Assembly (NCBI GenBank): GCA_934101645.1
Contig: CAKORX010000003.1
Location: 5,179 to 69,178, forward strand
DNA length: 64,000 nt
Direction: 5' to 3'
Source of the DNA: an uncultured Bacilli bacterium
GTDB lineage: Bacteria; Bacillota_I; Bacilli_A; RF39; UBA660
Shown here in pieces: positions 1-7,592 of the stretch. The position numbers were made by a program, and so were the translations under genes. Positions within the stretch are counted from its first letter, which is position 1. Each line of letters begins with the position of its first letter. Below the pieces are notes generated by a model. It was given only the letters and a program-made list of their open reading frames with translations. It had not been told where the DNA came from and searched no databases.

Positions 1-181
1 AATAAAAAAACTTTGTCAATTGATGATTATATTAAGTTTTTATCTTTGGGTAGTAGTATGTATTCCTTAGATTTATTAAAAATATTAAATATTGATTTAT
101 TAAATACTGATATAATAGATTCTGGTTTTAACGTACTAGCAAATGATTTAGAAAAACTTGAAAAAATAATATTTTTTGAAT
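1..181 (+). CDS. 3' end of upstream CDS (partial; C-terminus faintly resembles M3B oligoendopeptidase F)
   Basis: Open frame from the window edge ending at TAA 179-181 (...VLANDLEKLEKIIFFE*). The family assignment is only an impression from the C-terminal residues. Confidence 0.3.
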
Positions 182-250
182 AACTTTATTGTACAATAAA
201 ATATTGAAAATAAAATTTTATTCTAATATAATATGTGTAAGAAGGTATAT

Positions 251-970
251 ATGGAAAATAAATTAAAGCACTTAGCGATAATAATGGATGGCAATGGAAG
301 ATGGGCTCAAAAAAGAGGCATGAAGCGCAGTATGGGACATAAGAAGGGTTCAGAAACCCTTGAGAAGATAGCACTTCATATTAATGAACTTGGTATAAAT
401 GTTTTAAGCGTTTATGCATTTTCTACTGATAATTTTAAAAGAAGTAAAGAGGAAGTTGATTATTTGATGGACCTTTTTATTGAAATGTTTAATAAAAAAC
501 TTAAAAAGTTAATAGATAGAGGCGTTAAAGTAGTTTTTAGTGGAAGCAAAGATAATTTAAGAAGTGATGTTGTATCTGCGATGGATAATATTGTAAATAA
601 GACTAAAGATAACTTGGGTACAATTTTAAATATTTGTTTGAATTATGGTGGCCAAGAAGAAATTATTAGAGCTGCAGAAAAATATCATGACGATTTAGTT
701 AATAATGTAGTTAGCAAAAATGATATTAATAGAGATAATTTTTACAGGTATATGGATAATGATTTACCACCAATTGATATATTAATAAGAACTGGTGGAG
801 ATCATAGATTAAGTAACTTTATGCTTTATGAACTTACTTATGCAGAAATATATTTTATAGATACATTATTTCCAGATTTAAATAACAAAGAAATAGATAA
901 TATAATAAATTCTTTTTATCATAAAGACAGAAGATTCGGAGGTATAAATGAAAAGAAAACAAATAGTTGA
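251..970 (+). CDS. uppS: isoprenyl transferase / undecaprenyl-diphosphate synthase
   Basis: The protein starts MENKLKHLAIIMDGNGRWA..., the canonical UppS N-terminal motif (DGNGRWA), and carries a later ...IRTGGDHRLSNF motif. AGAAGG RBS lies 5 nt upstream of ATG 251. The track ORF starts earlier at 233. Confidence 0.9.
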   Translation: MENKLKHLAIIMDGNGRWAQKRGMKRSMGHKKGSETLEKIALHINELGINVLSVYAFSTDNFKRSKEEVDYLMDLFIEMFNKKLKKLIDRGVKVVFSGSKDNLRSDVVSAMDNIVNKTKDNLGTILNICLNYGGQEEIIRAAEKYHDDLVNNVVSKNDINRDNFYRYMDNDLPPIDILIRTGGDHRLSNFMLYELTYAEIYFIDTLFPDLNNKEIDNIINSFYHKDRRFGGINEKKTNS

Positions 971-1475
971 TTTAATTACTGCAGTAACACTTATTATAGT
1001 GGGTAGTATATTACTTATTTTCCCATTACTTAAAATAGTTAATGTAAAATATATTTTTATGGGAGTTTTATCTTTTTATGGAGTAATGAATTTAATTCAA
1101 TATTTACTTACCACTAAATCAAAAGATTATGAAGGACTATTTACTATGATAGCAAGTATTATTACTCTTGTTATTTTAGGACTTGTTAATGTTGAAAAAA
1201 ATCCATTAAATTTAGCACTTACTTTATTTGTTTGGATTACATTAATGAGTTTAATAAAACTTAAAAAATGTGACTATTATCATGATAGGCATAAAAAAAT
1301 TTATATATTAAGAATTATAACTTTGATATTATTTGTTTTAACTGGTTTATTATGTACAATAAATTTATATTATGAACCTTCGGTACAAGTATTAGTATTA
1401 GGTTTTTTCTATTTTATTCATGGAATATTAGAACTAATAGACCCAATTACAAATTATTTAATTAGTGAAAGATAG
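948..1475 (+). CDS. hypothetical polytopic membrane protein
   Basis: 175-aa ORF with 4-5 hydrophobic helices. No recognisable motif. Overlaps the uppS stop. Confidence 0.45.
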   Translation: MKRKQIVDLITAVTLIIVGSILLIFPLLKIVNVKYIFMGVLSFYGVMNLIQYLLTTKSKDYEGLFTMIASIITLVILGLVNVEKNPLNLALTLFVWITLMSLIKLKKCDYYHDRHKKIYILRIITLILFVLTGLLCTINLYYEPSVQVLVLGFFYFIHGILELIDPITNYLISER

Positions 1476-1520
1476 TTCTAACTTTAAAGTATTTTCATAT
1501 ATATTATTATGGAGGAAAAT

Positions 1521-1781
1521 ATGGAAATATTAAAAGTAGGATCTAAATCAAATCCAAGTAAAGTTGCGGGAGCAATAGCTAACATATTTCGTGAAAATAG
1601 AACAGTTGAAGTGCAAACTGTTGGAGCTGGAAGTCTAAATCAAGCAATAAAAGCATTAGCAATAGCAAGAGGTTTTGTAGCACCAATGGGGGATAATTTG
1701 GTTGCCATTCCAGCATTTTCAGATATAGAAATAGGCGGTGAAAAGAAAACTGCTATTAAGCTTATAATCGAGTCAAAATAA
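1521..1781 (+). CDS. spoVS: stage V sporulation protein S
   Basis: MEILKVGSKSNPSKVAGAIANIFRE...VGAGSLNQAIKALAIARGFVAP... is near-identical in pattern to Bacillus SpoVS (86 aa). GGAGG RBS lies 5 nt before ATG 1521. Confidence 0.9.
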   Translation: MEILKVGSKSNPSKVAGAIANIFRENRTVEVQTVGAGSLNQAIKALAIARGFVAPMGDNLVAIPAFSDIEIGGEKKTAIKLIIESK

Positions 1782-1797
1782 ACTCGATTTTTTTTTA
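1766..1797 (+). terminator. rho-independent terminator after spoVS
   Basis: Hairpin ATCGAGT-caaaataa-ACTCGAT followed by a T9 run. The stop codon lies in the loop. Confidence 0.55.
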
Positions 1798-1877
1798 CAT
1801 ATTTTTACGAATAATTATAAATATATAATAATTATTTTTTCTAAAATGTGATATCATTATAAAGTAGGTGATATAAA

Positions 1878-2183
1878 ATGGATTTAGCAATATTAATTTT
1901 ACTTGTGGTATTAACAATAATTTTTATGAGAAAATTTAGCAATGTAGTTTATGTAATATGTATAGTAGATATCTTTTTAAGAATACTTGATAGATTAGAA
2001 AAACTATTAAATGTTAGTGAATTTTCTGTTTTAGTTAATAAATATTTTCATGACTCAATTTTAGATATTGCAGGAACTTACACAACGGGAATAGTTTATA
2101 CAATTATATGCTGGCTAGTTTTAGCTATATACATAGTATTTTTATATTACGTTATAAGAACTTTTTTCAGAAAGAAAAAATAA
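1878..2183 (+). CDS. hypothetical small membrane protein
   Basis: 101-aa ORF with two hydrophobic helices. No motif. Confidence 0.35.
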   Translation: MDLAILILLVVLTIIFMRKFSNVVYVICIVDIFLRILDRLEKLLNVSEFSVLVNKYFHDSILDIAGTYTTGIVYTIICWLVLAIYIVFLYYVIRTFFRKKK

Positions 2184-2193
2184 AAAAGGAATT

Positions 2194-2568
2194 TTAATTT
2201 CCTTTTTTTGTGTTTTTACCAAGAATACTTCCTATTATAGAACTTGCCATTAATATTAAATAGTAAAGTAAAATACTTATTTTTATATTTCTTATGAAAA
2301 ATATTAAAGTTATAATAAATAGACTACATAAAAGCAAGCTTCCATTTATAATACCCTCGACAAAACCTTTTTTTGTAGTGTTTTTACCTTTTTTAAACGA
2401 TAAATAAAAGAATAGTGATATATTTACTACAAATGATAAAAGATTTGTTATATAACTATTTAAACCAATTAAATTTAAAAGGCCTAAAATAAATGCTAAG
2501 GATAATTCAATTAATATAAAAACCCCTATATATTTTCCATATTTTAATAATTTTTTAATAACAATCAC
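2194..2568 (-). CDS. hypothetical membrane protein
   Basis: 124-aa ORF with 3-4 TM helices, convergent to its neighbours. Confidence 0.35.
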   Translation of the reverse strand: MIVIKKLLKYGKYIGVFILIELSLAFILGLLNLIGLNSYITNLLSFVVNISLFFYLSFKKGKNTTKKGFVEGIINGSLLLCSLFIITLIFFIRNIKISILLYYLILMASSIIGSILGKNTKKGN

Positions 2569-2624
2569 CTAATAAAAGATATGATTTGTTTAAAATAATA
2601 TTACTTTGTCCATAATATAAATAG

Positions 2625-3272
2625 GTGATAAAATTGGTTTTATTTAAAGTTGTTATCAGAACATTATTTTTTTATTTTTTTATTACAATATCATATAGGC
2701 TTATGGGTAAAAGAGAAGTGGGACAACTTGGTGTAATTGATTTAATTGTGTCAATATTAATAGCAGAACTTGTGGCTATTTCGATAGAAAATCATTCTGA
2801 TCCTATGTATTTAACGGTTATTCCTATAGGACTTTTAGTATTTTTAGAAATTGCATTAGCATTTATTTCTATTAAAAATAGAAAACTACGTTTGATTTTA
2901 GATGGAAAGCCATCACTAATTATTACAAATGGCAAAATAAATTATCATGAAATGATAAAACAAAGGTATACTTTAGATGATTTACTTTTATCGCTAAGAC
3001 AAAAAGAAATTAGAGAAATAAATGAAGTTGAATACGCTTTTTTAGAGCCTAATGGTAAACTTTCAATTTTTAAATATAAACCACTTAAAAAAAGTATTTA
3101 TCCAATGCCAGTCATTTTAGATGGCAAAATAGATTATGATGCTTTAAAACATATTAGAAAAAATGAAAATTACTTAAAAAATGTATTAAGTGAAAGTAAT
3201 CTTTCTTTGAAAGAAGTATTTTATGCTTTTTATAAAAATAAAAAAATTTATATAATAAAAAAAAGTAGTTAG
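2625..3272 (+). CDS. DUF421 (YetF/YdfR-like) membrane protein
   Basis: N-terminal TM region ...YRLMGKREVGQLGVIDLIVSILIAELVA... and C-terminal soluble repeats are typical of the DUF421 family. GTG start as in the track. Confidence 0.7.
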   Translation: MIKLVLFKVVIRTLFFYFFITISYRLMGKREVGQLGVIDLIVSILIAELVAISIENHSDPMYLTVIPIGLLVFLEIALAFISIKNRKLRLILDGKPSLIITNGKINYHEMIKQRYTLDDLLLSLRQKEIREINEVEYAFLEPNGKLSIFKYKPLKKSIYPMPVILDGKIDYDALKHIRKNENYLKNVLSESNLSLKEVFYAFYKNKKIYIIKKSS

Positions 3273-3508
3273 TCTACTTTTTCAAAACGATACTCTTGTA
3301 CTGCATTTGGATATTTTTCTTTGTCAACTTTTGAAGTGAAGTTATCATATGGTCTTACCCATATTTTTCCATCGTGATTTGATTTGTAAATAACAAGTTT
3401 ACGTGGATTACCATCACTATCATTAATTTCACTATCATATCCAATAAATAAAACTTTATAAACGTTTCCTTTAAAATGTTTATAGGTTTTGTTTTCTTCA
3501 ACTATCAT
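3269..3508 (-). CDS. DUF1653-like small protein
   Basis: 79 aa: ...HFKGNVYKVLFIG...KLVIYKS...WVRPYDNF... matches the DUF1653 pattern. Confidence 0.55.
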   Translation of the reverse strand: MIVEENKTYKHFKGNVYKVLFIGYDSEINDSDGNPRKLVIYKSNHDGKIWVRPYDNFTSKVDKEKYPNAVQEYRFEKVD

Positions 3509-3598
3509 TATTTATCACCCTAGTAATAATTATACATTTTTCACTTTAAAATATCAATTTTTTATTATATAATTGATTATAGAAAGTAGGTTGATTAT

Positions 3599-4570
3599 AT
3601 GAAAGTACTTTGTGTTGGTCGTAGCGAATATAATATATTTGGTGAAATAGATAAATATCCAGAAGAGGGAAGTTTAAGTAACATTACAAAAATTACTGAA
3701 ACAAGTGGTGGTTGCACAGTAAATGCAGCTTACACAATTGGAAAATATAAAATTGATACTTATGTTGGTTCAATTGTTGGTGATGATACATTTGGTAACT
3801 CTGTTAGAAAAGAACTTGAAAAAATTGGCATTCATACTGAATATATGGAAATTGCTTATGAGAAAAGAACTCCAATTAGTTTAATTTTATTAAATCAAAA
3901 TACTAAAACTAATACAATATTTGCTTTAAATAAAGAGAAACTACTTATGAAAAAAACTGAATTTGCAATGGATCCAGACTTAGTTTTGGTAGATAGTAGT
4001 GACTATGGAGCAGCTTTAGCAGCATTAAATAAGTATTCAAATAAAATTACCGTTATTCATGCTACAGTGCCAAACTCTGAAACATTAGAATTATGTAAAT
4101 ATGTAAAATATATAATTTGTTCAAAAGGTTTTGCTTCAGCAGCCTCTGGAGTTAAAATAGATTTTAATAATCCAAATTCATTAGTAAATGCATATTCAGC
4201 TTTGCTAAATAAATTTCCAAATAGAAATATTATTGTAACTTTAGGTGAAAAAGGAGCAATGTATACTGCAAATAATCAAATAAAGGTTATGCCAGGTTTA
4301 AAAGTTAATGCTGTTGATACAACTGGCGCAGGAGATATTTTTGCAGGAGCATTTGTTTATGGCATTTTAAAGGACTACGATGTTGAAAAATGTATAACAT
4401 TTGCTAACATTGCGTCAGGATTATCTGTTGTTAAAATTGGTGGTAAACCATCAGTACCAGAATATGATGAAGTTATGAAATACTTTAACCAAAAGTATGC
4501 TCCTGAAGAAAATAAACAAGTTGTGACTCCGGTTATTCCAACTGAAGCAGGTCAAACTACCGTAAAATGA
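3599..4570 (+). CDS. PfkB-family carbohydrate kinase (ribokinase-like)
   Basis: C-terminal DTTGAGDIFAGAFVYG anion-hole motif of ribokinase/PfkB kinases. 323 aa. Confidence 0.8.
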   Translation: MKVLCVGRSEYNIFGEIDKYPEEGSLSNITKITETSGGCTVNAAYTIGKYKIDTYVGSIVGDDTFGNSVRKELEKIGIHTEYMEIAYEKRTPISLILLNQNTKTNTIFALNKEKLLMKKTEFAMDPDLVLVDSSDYGAALAALNKYSNKITVIHATVPNSETLELCKYVKYIICSKGFASAASGVKIDFNNPNSLVNAYSALLNKFPNRNIIVTLGEKGAMYTANNQIKVMPGLKVNAVDTTGAGDIFAGAFVYGILKDYDVEKCITFANIASGLSVVKIGGKPSVPEYDEVMKYFNQKYAPEENKQVVTPVIPTEAGQTTVK

Positions 4571-4824
4571 TAATTACTAGTAAAACACCAAAACTTGATT
4601 TGCATGGCGAAAAAAGTAGTATGGTTGAGGTGTTAGTAAATGATTTTATCAATTTAAACGTATTACTTAAAAATGATGGAGTAATAATAATTCATGGTAA
4701 AAGTACTAATATTTTAACTAAAGAAGTTCATAGCGTACTAAAAAATAACAATCAAGTAAAGAATTTTTATTTAGATAATTGGAATTTAGGACAGACTATT
4801 GTTGAGCTTAAGAATAATTCTTAG
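4567..4824 (+). CDS. Smr-domain protein
   Basis: 85 aa with LDLHG...IIHGKS motifs typical of Smr (MutS2 C-terminal-like) domains. Overlaps the kinase stop by 4 nt (ATGA). Confidence 0.55.
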   Translation: MIITSKTPKLDLHGEKSSMVEVLVNDFINLNVLLKNDGVIIIHGKSTNILTKEVHSVLKNNNQVKNFYLDNWNLGQTIVELKNNS

Positions 4825-4833
4825 GCTTTTAAT

Positions 4834-4862
4834 TTGACAAAAATTAAACATTTATGTATAAT
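4834..4862 (+). promoter_or_regulatory. consensus sigma-A-type promoter
   Basis: TTGACA (4834-4839), 17 nt spacer, TATAAT (4857-4862). Confidence 0.5.
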
Positions 4863-4886
4863 ATGGTCAATTTGTGGGGGGTAAAT

Positions 4887-5555
4887 ATGAAAGATTATGC
4901 GAGCGAATATAAAGGCTATTGTTTAACATGCAAAAATTATGATTTATCAGCAAAAAACGATGCTACTACAAGAGGGTTTAGATGTACTTATCATGGAAGA
5001 CCTATGGCAATGGATGAAAAGTGTCCAAGATATTCAAGAGATATCGCAAAGAGTAATTCATACATATCATCTGCAGTAAGTTGGATGAATAATCATGGCT
5101 ATGATCCACGTAGAGATAAAGATACATTTTGCTATATAACAACGATTTGCTGTGATATTTTAGGATATTCAGATAGTCATATATATTTAGAAAGTTTAAG
5201 AGCTTTAAGAGATTATTTACTTAATTCTGATTTTGGTAAAAAAATTCTTTTTGATTATGACGTTTATGGCGTAAAAGTTGCTCAAAAGGTGTATGAGTCT
5301 TATACTTTTGATAAAGAAAATACTCTTAGTATGATTAATGAAATTATAGTACCTAATTATTTTGAACCATTATGTGCATTAATTCAAAGTGGACAATTTG
5401 AACAAGCTACAAATTTATATGTAAAAATGACTTTTGTTTTAATGAGAAGGTATCACATAAATTATTATCTAATACCTATAAAAGGTAGTCAAATTGAGTC
5501 TAAAGACTTAGGGCATGGCTATGATTATGGTAGAAAATTAGCAATTAAATATTAA
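4887..5555 (+). CDS. hypothetical Cys-rich protein
   Basis: ORF with an N-terminal CxxC...C...H...C cluster (CLTCKNY...CTYHGRP...CPRY) suggesting a zinc ribbon. GGGGG RBS lies before ATG 4887. The track ORF starts at 4854. Confidence 0.45.
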   Translation: MKDYASEYKGYCLTCKNYDLSAKNDATTRGFRCTYHGRPMAMDEKCPRYSRDIAKSNSYISSAVSWMNNHGYDPRRDKDTFCYITTICCDILGYSDSHIYLESLRALRDYLLNSDFGKKILFDYDVYGVKVAQKVYESYTFDKENTLSMINEIIVPNYFEPLCALIQSGQFEQATNLYVKMTFVLMRRYHINYYLIPIKGSQIESKDLGHGYDYGRKLAIKY

Positions 5556-5637
5556 AAAATTGCTTTTTTATTGACGTAAAATAACTTTCATAGTATAATT
5601 TAATCCCATTGATAAATACTATAAATGAGGTGTAAAT

Positions 5638-5668
5638 TTGACATTTTACAAAAAATATGCTATAATCA
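5638..5668 (+). promoter_or_regulatory. promoter module A (TTGACA-17-TATAAT with GCTATaatcATAGC inverted repeat)
   Basis: TTGACA 5638-5643, TATAAT 5661-5666, inverted repeat GCTAT/ATAGC spanning the -10. This is near-identical to the element at 43820-43849. A second TTGACG-17-TATAAT lies at about 5571-5600. Confidence 0.5.
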
Positions 5669-5692
5669 TAGCGTAATAAGGGGGAAATAGAA

Positions 5693-6112
5693 ATGAAAGG
5701 TTATGTATTAGATTACGTTAATGAGAATGAATTTAGAAAATTAGAAAGAGCGTTAAAAAAATACAACATGATAGCTTTCAAAAAATTAAACTTCGAATAT
5801 TATCCATCATTAAGAAATGGTAATTTTGTAGGAGAAATGGTTGCTAGCAATAAGAAAAATGGTACAGAAAGTTATGAATTGAAACTTCCAAGTGATAAAA
5901 TATTTACTCAAATTCATGGCGAAGTTAAATTATTATATACAGTTCATAAAAAAGAGGGTATTGTAATTCTTGAAACATTAACTCCAGAAGATATTTTATT
6001 AGAAGGTCACAGAAGTGAACTTACTACATATAAAGGAATAATGATTTCTAAACAAAATGCCTCAAAAGAAATGTTTAAAATTGATTTATTAAATATGTTA
6101 CAAAATAAATAA
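5693..6112 (+). CDS. hypothetical protein
   Basis: 139-aa ORF with a GGGGG RBS. No confident family. Confidence 0.45.
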   Translation: MKGYVLDYVNENEFRKLERALKKYNMIAFKKLNFEYYPSLRNGNFVGEMVASNKKNGTESYELKLPSDKIFTQIHGEVKLLYTVHKKEGIVILETLTPEDILLEGHRSELTTYKGIMISKQNASKEMFKIDLLNMLQNK

Positions 6113-6138
6113 GCTGATTGGTGCTTATTTTTTTTATT
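6109..6138 (+). terminator. rho-independent terminator
   Basis: ATAAGC-tgattggt-GCTTAT hairpin followed by a T-run. Confidence 0.55.
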
Positions 6139-6185
6139 TTTTTATTGCTTTTTTAGTTTTTTTATAATATAATCATAGTGTTGTT

Positions 6186-6262
6186 GGACCTCTAGCTCAG
6201 TTGGTTAGAGCATCCGGCTCATAACCGGGCGGTCATAGGTTCGAGTCCTATGAGGTCCACCA
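6186..6262 (+). tRNA. tRNA with CAT anticodon, most likely tRNA-Ile2 (lysidine, k2CAU) rather than Met
   Basis: 77-nt cloverleaf GGACCTCTAGCTCAGTTGGTTAGAGC...CTCATAA...GGTTCGAGTCC...GGTCCACCA. It is highly similar to Bacillus tRNA-Ile(CAU) as I recall it, and ends in an encoded CCA. Confidence 0.8.
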
Positions 6263-6269
6263 TTCAATT

Positions 6270-6354
6270 GCAGGTATGGCGGAATTGGCAGACGCGTTAG
6301 ACTTAGGATCTAATGGAGTAATCCGTGGGGGTTCAAGTCCCTTTACCTGCACCA
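6270..6354 (+). tRNA. tRNA-Leu (TAG)
   Basis: 85 nt with a long variable arm, anticodon loop cuTAGga, GGTTCAAGTCC T-arm and encoded CCA. Confidence 0.85.
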
Positions 6355-6368
6355 ATTGAATAACTAAA

Positions 6369-6393
6369 GTCCCGTATATTCGGGCTTTTTTTA
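6369..6393 (+). terminator. rho-independent terminator after the tRNA pair
   Basis: GTCCCG-tatatt-CGGGC hairpin followed by T8. Confidence 0.6.
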
Positions 6394-6433
6394 TGATATA
6401 AAAAAACTTAATATTTGCATACTAAGTGTATTT

Positions 6434-7462
6434 TTATCCAAATATGTCATTTATTTTTTTTATAAAATATTTATTACTTAGTCCTAATTTTATAAAAAAT
6501 TCACCATATCTAGAATATAAAAGTTTACTTAAAAAACATCTTTTATTTAAAGAACTATATAGTTTTTTAGTCTTTTTAAAATATATATTTTTTAAATTAC
6601 AATTATTTTTAAGACAAAATTCTATGCTTTCTGCAGCTTTTATACCGGATAGTAGGGCATAGTAAATACCTTCGCCGCTTACTCTATCTACTAATGAAGC
6701 AGCATCTCCTACTAATATAAATCTGTCATCTATGACAGAATTTTTAAAAACCTTTTTTGAATAAAGCGGTATATGATAACCCCTTATTTTTGTTTTATCA
6801 ATTTTTAAATTATATTTTTTTGCAAAGATGTATAAATAATTTAAATATTCATCATTTTTATTTACGAACTTACCAACACAAATTGTTGTATGATCATTTT
6901 TAGGAAAAATCCATCCATATCCATCCTTTATTGCCGAAAAATCAAAAATCGTTTCATCAAAAATAGAATCACTATTATATTCTACGCAAAATCCAAATTT
7001 TCTATTTGTAATCATTTTTCTACTATAACCATTTACGCCATCAGCAAATATAATATATTTAAATTCATATTCGTTTTTATCGGTTATTAATATATGTTCC
7101 TTAATATTTATAACATTTTCTTTTTCAAATAAATTATTTTTAGTGGTTTGTTTTACGTTATTATAATCAAATTCTTTTCTATCAACCATTATAATTTCAT
7201 TGTATAACTTTGTTTTCTTTGATAATTTATTTGAAACAATTCTAACTTCTTTACATTTTTTTGTATTGATATTTTCTATCTTCATATTTAAATAATTTAT
7301 TAGATTTATACTTTTATGAGTTAAACCTCCACCACATAGTTTTTCTCTAGGAAATTTGTTTTTTTCTATTATACAAAAATTAATACCAACTTTTTTAAGC
7401 GTTTTTGCTGCGGCAATTCCTGCGGGTCCGGCACCAATAATAATTACATCATATTTTTTCAT
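6434..7462 (-). CDS. FAD-dependent oxidoreductase, geranylgeranyl-reductase family
   Basis: N-terminal YDVIIIGAGPAGIAAA Rossmann dinucleotide motif and LCGGG motif, 342 aa. Confidence 0.75.
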   Translation of the reverse strand: MKKYDVIIIGAGPAGIAAAKTLKKVGINFCIIEKNKFPREKLCGGGLTHKSINLINYLNMKIENINTKKCKEVRIVSNKLSKKTKLYNEIIMVDRKEFDYNNVKQTTKNNLFEKENVINIKEHILITDKNEYEFKYIIFADGVNGYSRKMITNRKFGFCVEYNSDSIFDETIFDFSAIKDGYGWIFPKNDHTTICVGKFVNKNDEYLNYLYIFAKKYNLKIDKTKIRGYHIPLYSKKVFKNSVIDDRFILVGDAASLVDRVSGEGIYYALLSGIKAAESIEFCLKNNCNLKNIYFKKTKKLYSSLNKRCFLSKLLYSRYGEFFIKLGLSNKYFIKKINDIFG

Positions 7463-7592
7463 AAGTAACCTTTCTAATAAACTAAAATAATTATATCATA
7501 GTTTTTTTATTTGAATAAATTAATTGTAAATAAGTGTTATGTTTGTGGTAAGTATTATTTTTTTTGTGATATAATCTTGTTTGAGGTATAAA

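Noticed and set aside
186-374. 62-aa minus-strand ORF overlapping the uppS start
   Set aside because: It is antisense to a well-supported uppS gene and has F/Y/L-rich low-complexity composition typical of AT-rich shadow frames.
5693-6112. RelE/ParE-like toxin call for the 139-aa hypothetical protein (C-terminal ...KLLYTVHKKEGIVILETL...)
   Set aside because: The resemblance is a short, weak pattern only, with no adjacent antitoxin candidate. It is left as a hypothetical protein.
6426-7090. Plus-strand ORFs 6426-6662 and 6890-7090
   Set aside because: Both lie within or antisense to the FAD-oxidoreductase gene (6434-7462, minus strand). They are low complexity with no RBS.
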